A DNA stretch of 64,000 bases from assembly GCA_963842085.1 (NCBI GenBank), contig CAWJET010000001.1:2624001-2688000 (forward strand), given 5' to 3'. This document shows positions 61,851-64,000 of the stretch, one piece after another (position 1 is the stretch's first letter; each line of letters begins with the position of its first letter). The position numbers were made by a program, and so were the translations under genes. The notes under the pieces were generated by a model. It was not told where the DNA came from, did no database searches, and saw nothing but the letters and a program-made list of their open reading frames with translations. The DNA is from an uncultured delta proteobacterium (GTDB lineage Bacteria; Desulfobacterota; Binatia; Binatales; Binataceae).

Positions 61851-62684
61851 TTGGTGGTGAAGATGTTAGAGGCGGGCGGCGGGGCCGAGACTTTTTCCAC
61901 GCGCACGGCGGCGAGAATTCTCGCGGTCACGCCTGAGCGCATTCGCTACTGGGTCAAGCGCAACCTTGTGCGTCCGCTCAATTCAGGCGGCCGCAAGTAT
62001 CGTTTCGCGTTCAACGATCTGCTCGAGATGCGCCTGGCCAAGGAGTTGCTCGGCACCCGCCAGCATATCGATCCGATCCAACGATGCCTCGAGCGGGTGC
62101 GCACGCTCGTCGATCCCGACCGCTCGGTCACCTCGCTGAAACTTGTCAACGACGAAGGCCGTATCGTCGTGCGCGACGGTCCGTCGCTGATCGAGGCCGA
62201 GACGGGACAGTTGATCTTCGACTTCGAGCGCAGCTATCAGCCCGGCAAGGTCGAGGACAGTTTCGGGCCCGCCCGCGTGCGCGAGCGTTTCGAGGAGGCG
62301 CGCCGAATTGCCGACGAGGATCCGCTCCGCGCGCTCACCATTTACAGCGAACTCGTCGGCCGCGAGCCCGGCAACTTCGGGGCGCATCTGCGCCTCGCCA
62401 CGCTGCTCGAGCGCGAGGGCGACCTGGCCGGCGCTCTGCGCCATCTGCTCGGCGCGGCGACGATTGTTCCCGCCAGCGCCGACGTGCATCTGAAGCTAGG
62501 CCTGCTCTACCGCAAGAAGGACGAGCATCAGAATGCGCTGCGAAGTTTTTTGCGCACGCTCGAATGCGACCCCGCCAACGTTGAGGCCCATCGCAACGCC
62601 GCCGAGATGTACGAGGCGATGGGCCGCAAACGCGACTCGCAGCGCCATCTGAGCGCCATTCATCGTCTGATCAAAGGCGACTGA
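61851..62684 (+). CDS. MerR-type HTH plus TPR protein
   Basis: AARILAVTPERIRYW...FAFNDL, ETGQLIFDF, C-terminal TPRs. Confidence 0.8.
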   Translation: MVVKMLEAGGGAETFSTRTAARILAVTPERIRYWVKRNLVRPLNSGGRKYRFAFNDLLEMRLAKELLGTRQHIDPIQRCLERVRTLVDPDRSVTSLKLVNDEGRIVVRDGPSLIEAETGQLIFDFERSYQPGKVEDSFGPARVRERFEEARRIADEDPLRALTIYSELVGREPGNFGAHLRLATLLEREGDLAGALRHLLGAATIVPASADVHLKLGLLYRKKDEHQNALRSFLRTLECDPANVEAHRNAAEMYEAMGRKRDSQRHLSAIHRLIKGD

Positions 62685-62721
62685 TCGCGCGCAGCGCCGC
62701 CGCGCTCGCGCCGCGTGTTGA

Positions 62722-63093
62722 ATGACCGCAACCCGCGGCGATAAGCTCGCTCGTATGCCCCGCGATTCGCTGAAACCGATCGACATCCTGCGCCACGAGT
62801 TGAAAGCGTTGCGCTTCATCCTGGACAACTATCACTCGGGCAAACTCGGCGCCGAGGGGCTTCCGCCGCGCGAGGATTTCCAGTCCGCGCAAGGCCGCGC
62901 GCTCTACGATTCGATCGTCAATTCTCCCGACCGCGATGCCGCCGAGCGTGCGATCGCGAAGCTCGAGCTGGACGACGTTGACCTCGATTCGTTCCTGCGC
63001 CTGAGCGGCGAGCACTACTACAGCTATCCAGCGCTTGTCCGCGAGCGCGCCGCTGCCATCCGCACGGGTAAGCTGACGGTCGAGGGCCCGTGA
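62722..63093 (+). CDS. Hypothetical protein
   Basis: Host-like codon usage; coupled to the next ORF. Confidence 0.65.
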   Translation: MTATRGDKLARMPRDSLKPIDILRHELKALRFILDNYHSGKLGAEGLPPREDFQSAQGRALYDSIVNSPDRDAAERAIAKLELDDVDLDSFLRLSGEHYYSYPALVRERAAAIRTGKLTVEGP

Positions 63094-63440
63094 GTCCCTC
63101 GATCCCCAACGAGTTCCACCTGCTCCTCGATTCCGCGGGCGCGCTGATCGTCTTTCAGGAAAAGGGCGCGTCCTGGGCCGGCCTGCTCGCCTTTTCGAGC
63201 GAGGATAAAGCGCGCGAGTTCTGCCGCGTAAGCAATCTCGACGCCGCTGAAGTTGCCGCCGTCGCGACCGACGATCCGCAGGCCGTCGCCGGCCTGATCG
63301 CCTCGATCAAGCGGCGCGCCATCCGCAACCTGCTCCTCGATCTCGACTACAAAACCGGCGCCTGCACGCAAATCGATTTTGAGGGCGACGCTTTGGGCAA
63401 CGCGACGCTGCGCCAATTCTCTCCGCCTGCTCATCGCTAG
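63090..63440 (+). CDS. Hypothetical protein
   Basis: GTGA overlap; LLAFSSEDKAREF motif. Confidence 0.65.
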   Translation: MSPSIPNEFHLLLDSAGALIVFQEKGASWAGLLAFSSEDKAREFCRVSNLDAAEVAAVATDDPQAVAGLIASIKRRAIRNLLLDLDYKTGACTQIDFEGDALGNATLRQFSPPAHR

Positions 63441-63448
63441 CTCTTACG

Positions 63449-64000
63449 ATGCCATCCGCACGATCGTCACTGCCGGAGCAAATCAAAGAGGCGCGCCACC
63501 GTCTCGCAGGCATCGTCAAGCCGACAACGCTTATGCGCAGTGCGACGCTCGAGCGAATCCTCGGCGCCGACGTGCGCATCAAGCCTGAAAATTTGCAGAA
63601 GACCGGCTCGTTCAAAATTCGCGGCGCCTACAACCGGCTCATGACGCTCACCGGCGAGCAAAAGTCGCGCGGCGTCGTCGCCGCGAGCGCCGGCAATCAC
63701 GGGCAGGCGCTCGCCTACGCCGCCACCCGAGCGGGCGTCACCGCCACCATCGTGATGCCGACCACGGCCGCGATTGCCAAAATCGACGCGACCCGCAGCT
63801 ACGGCCAGTCGGTCGTGCTTGAAGGTGTCGACTATCAGGAGGCGCGCGTGGCTGCGGCCAAGATATGCAGCGAACGCGGCGCGAGCTTCATCGACGCGTA
63901 CGACGACGTCGAAGTGATCGCGGGGCAGGGCACTGTCGGAATCGAAATCGCCGACGAAATTACCCCCGACTTCGTGTTTGTTCCGGTGGGCGGCGGCGGA
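63449..64000 (+). CDS. ilvA: Threonine ammonia-lyase (3' end beyond window)
   Basis: Not in ORF track. KPENLQKTGSFKIRGA, ASAGNHGQ, VIAGQGT, VPVGGG; could be the catabolic TdcB type. Confidence 0.88.
   Translation, partial: MPSARSSLPEQIKEARHRLAGIVKPTTLMRSATLERILGADVRIKPENLQKTGSFKIRGAYNRLMTLTGEQKSRGVVAASAGNHGQALAYAATRAGVTATIVMPTTAAIAKIDATRSYGQSVVLEGVDYQEARVAAAKICSERGASFIDAYDDVEVIAGQGTVGIEIADEITPDFVFVPVGGGG

Overview
A GC-rich bacterial chromosomal segment, mostly housekeeping. The conserved order xerC-hslVU-argBDFGH-lipoprotein-lysA-dapF-dapA suggests a deltaproteobacteria-like lineage, plausibly Ca. Binatota (inference only). It also holds glmU-glmS, hisHF, ribH, ispH, moaB/moaD-E, a BtuF/FecCD-type ABC transporter, a biotin carboxylase pair, MaoC dehydratases, a DUF1778/GNAT toxin-antitoxin pair and a doubly frameshifted GH38 gene. 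Main signals missing from the ORF track: (1) a complete glmS ribozyme between glmU and glmS; (2) two ~2 kb accessory islets, each leaving a diverged duplicate of the neighbouring core gene's end (glmS 3' end, argB promoter/5' end) on its far side; (3) two families of REP-like palindromes, one with compensatory stem changes, clustered at accessory-gene borders; (4) A-ending codon patches in core-gene 3' ends facing those borders; (5) an archaeal-type lumazine synthase; (6) an unannotated 58-aa Cys/His protein inside the arg operon. No rRNA, tRNA or CRISPR array was seen. All calls are by eye, with no database searches.
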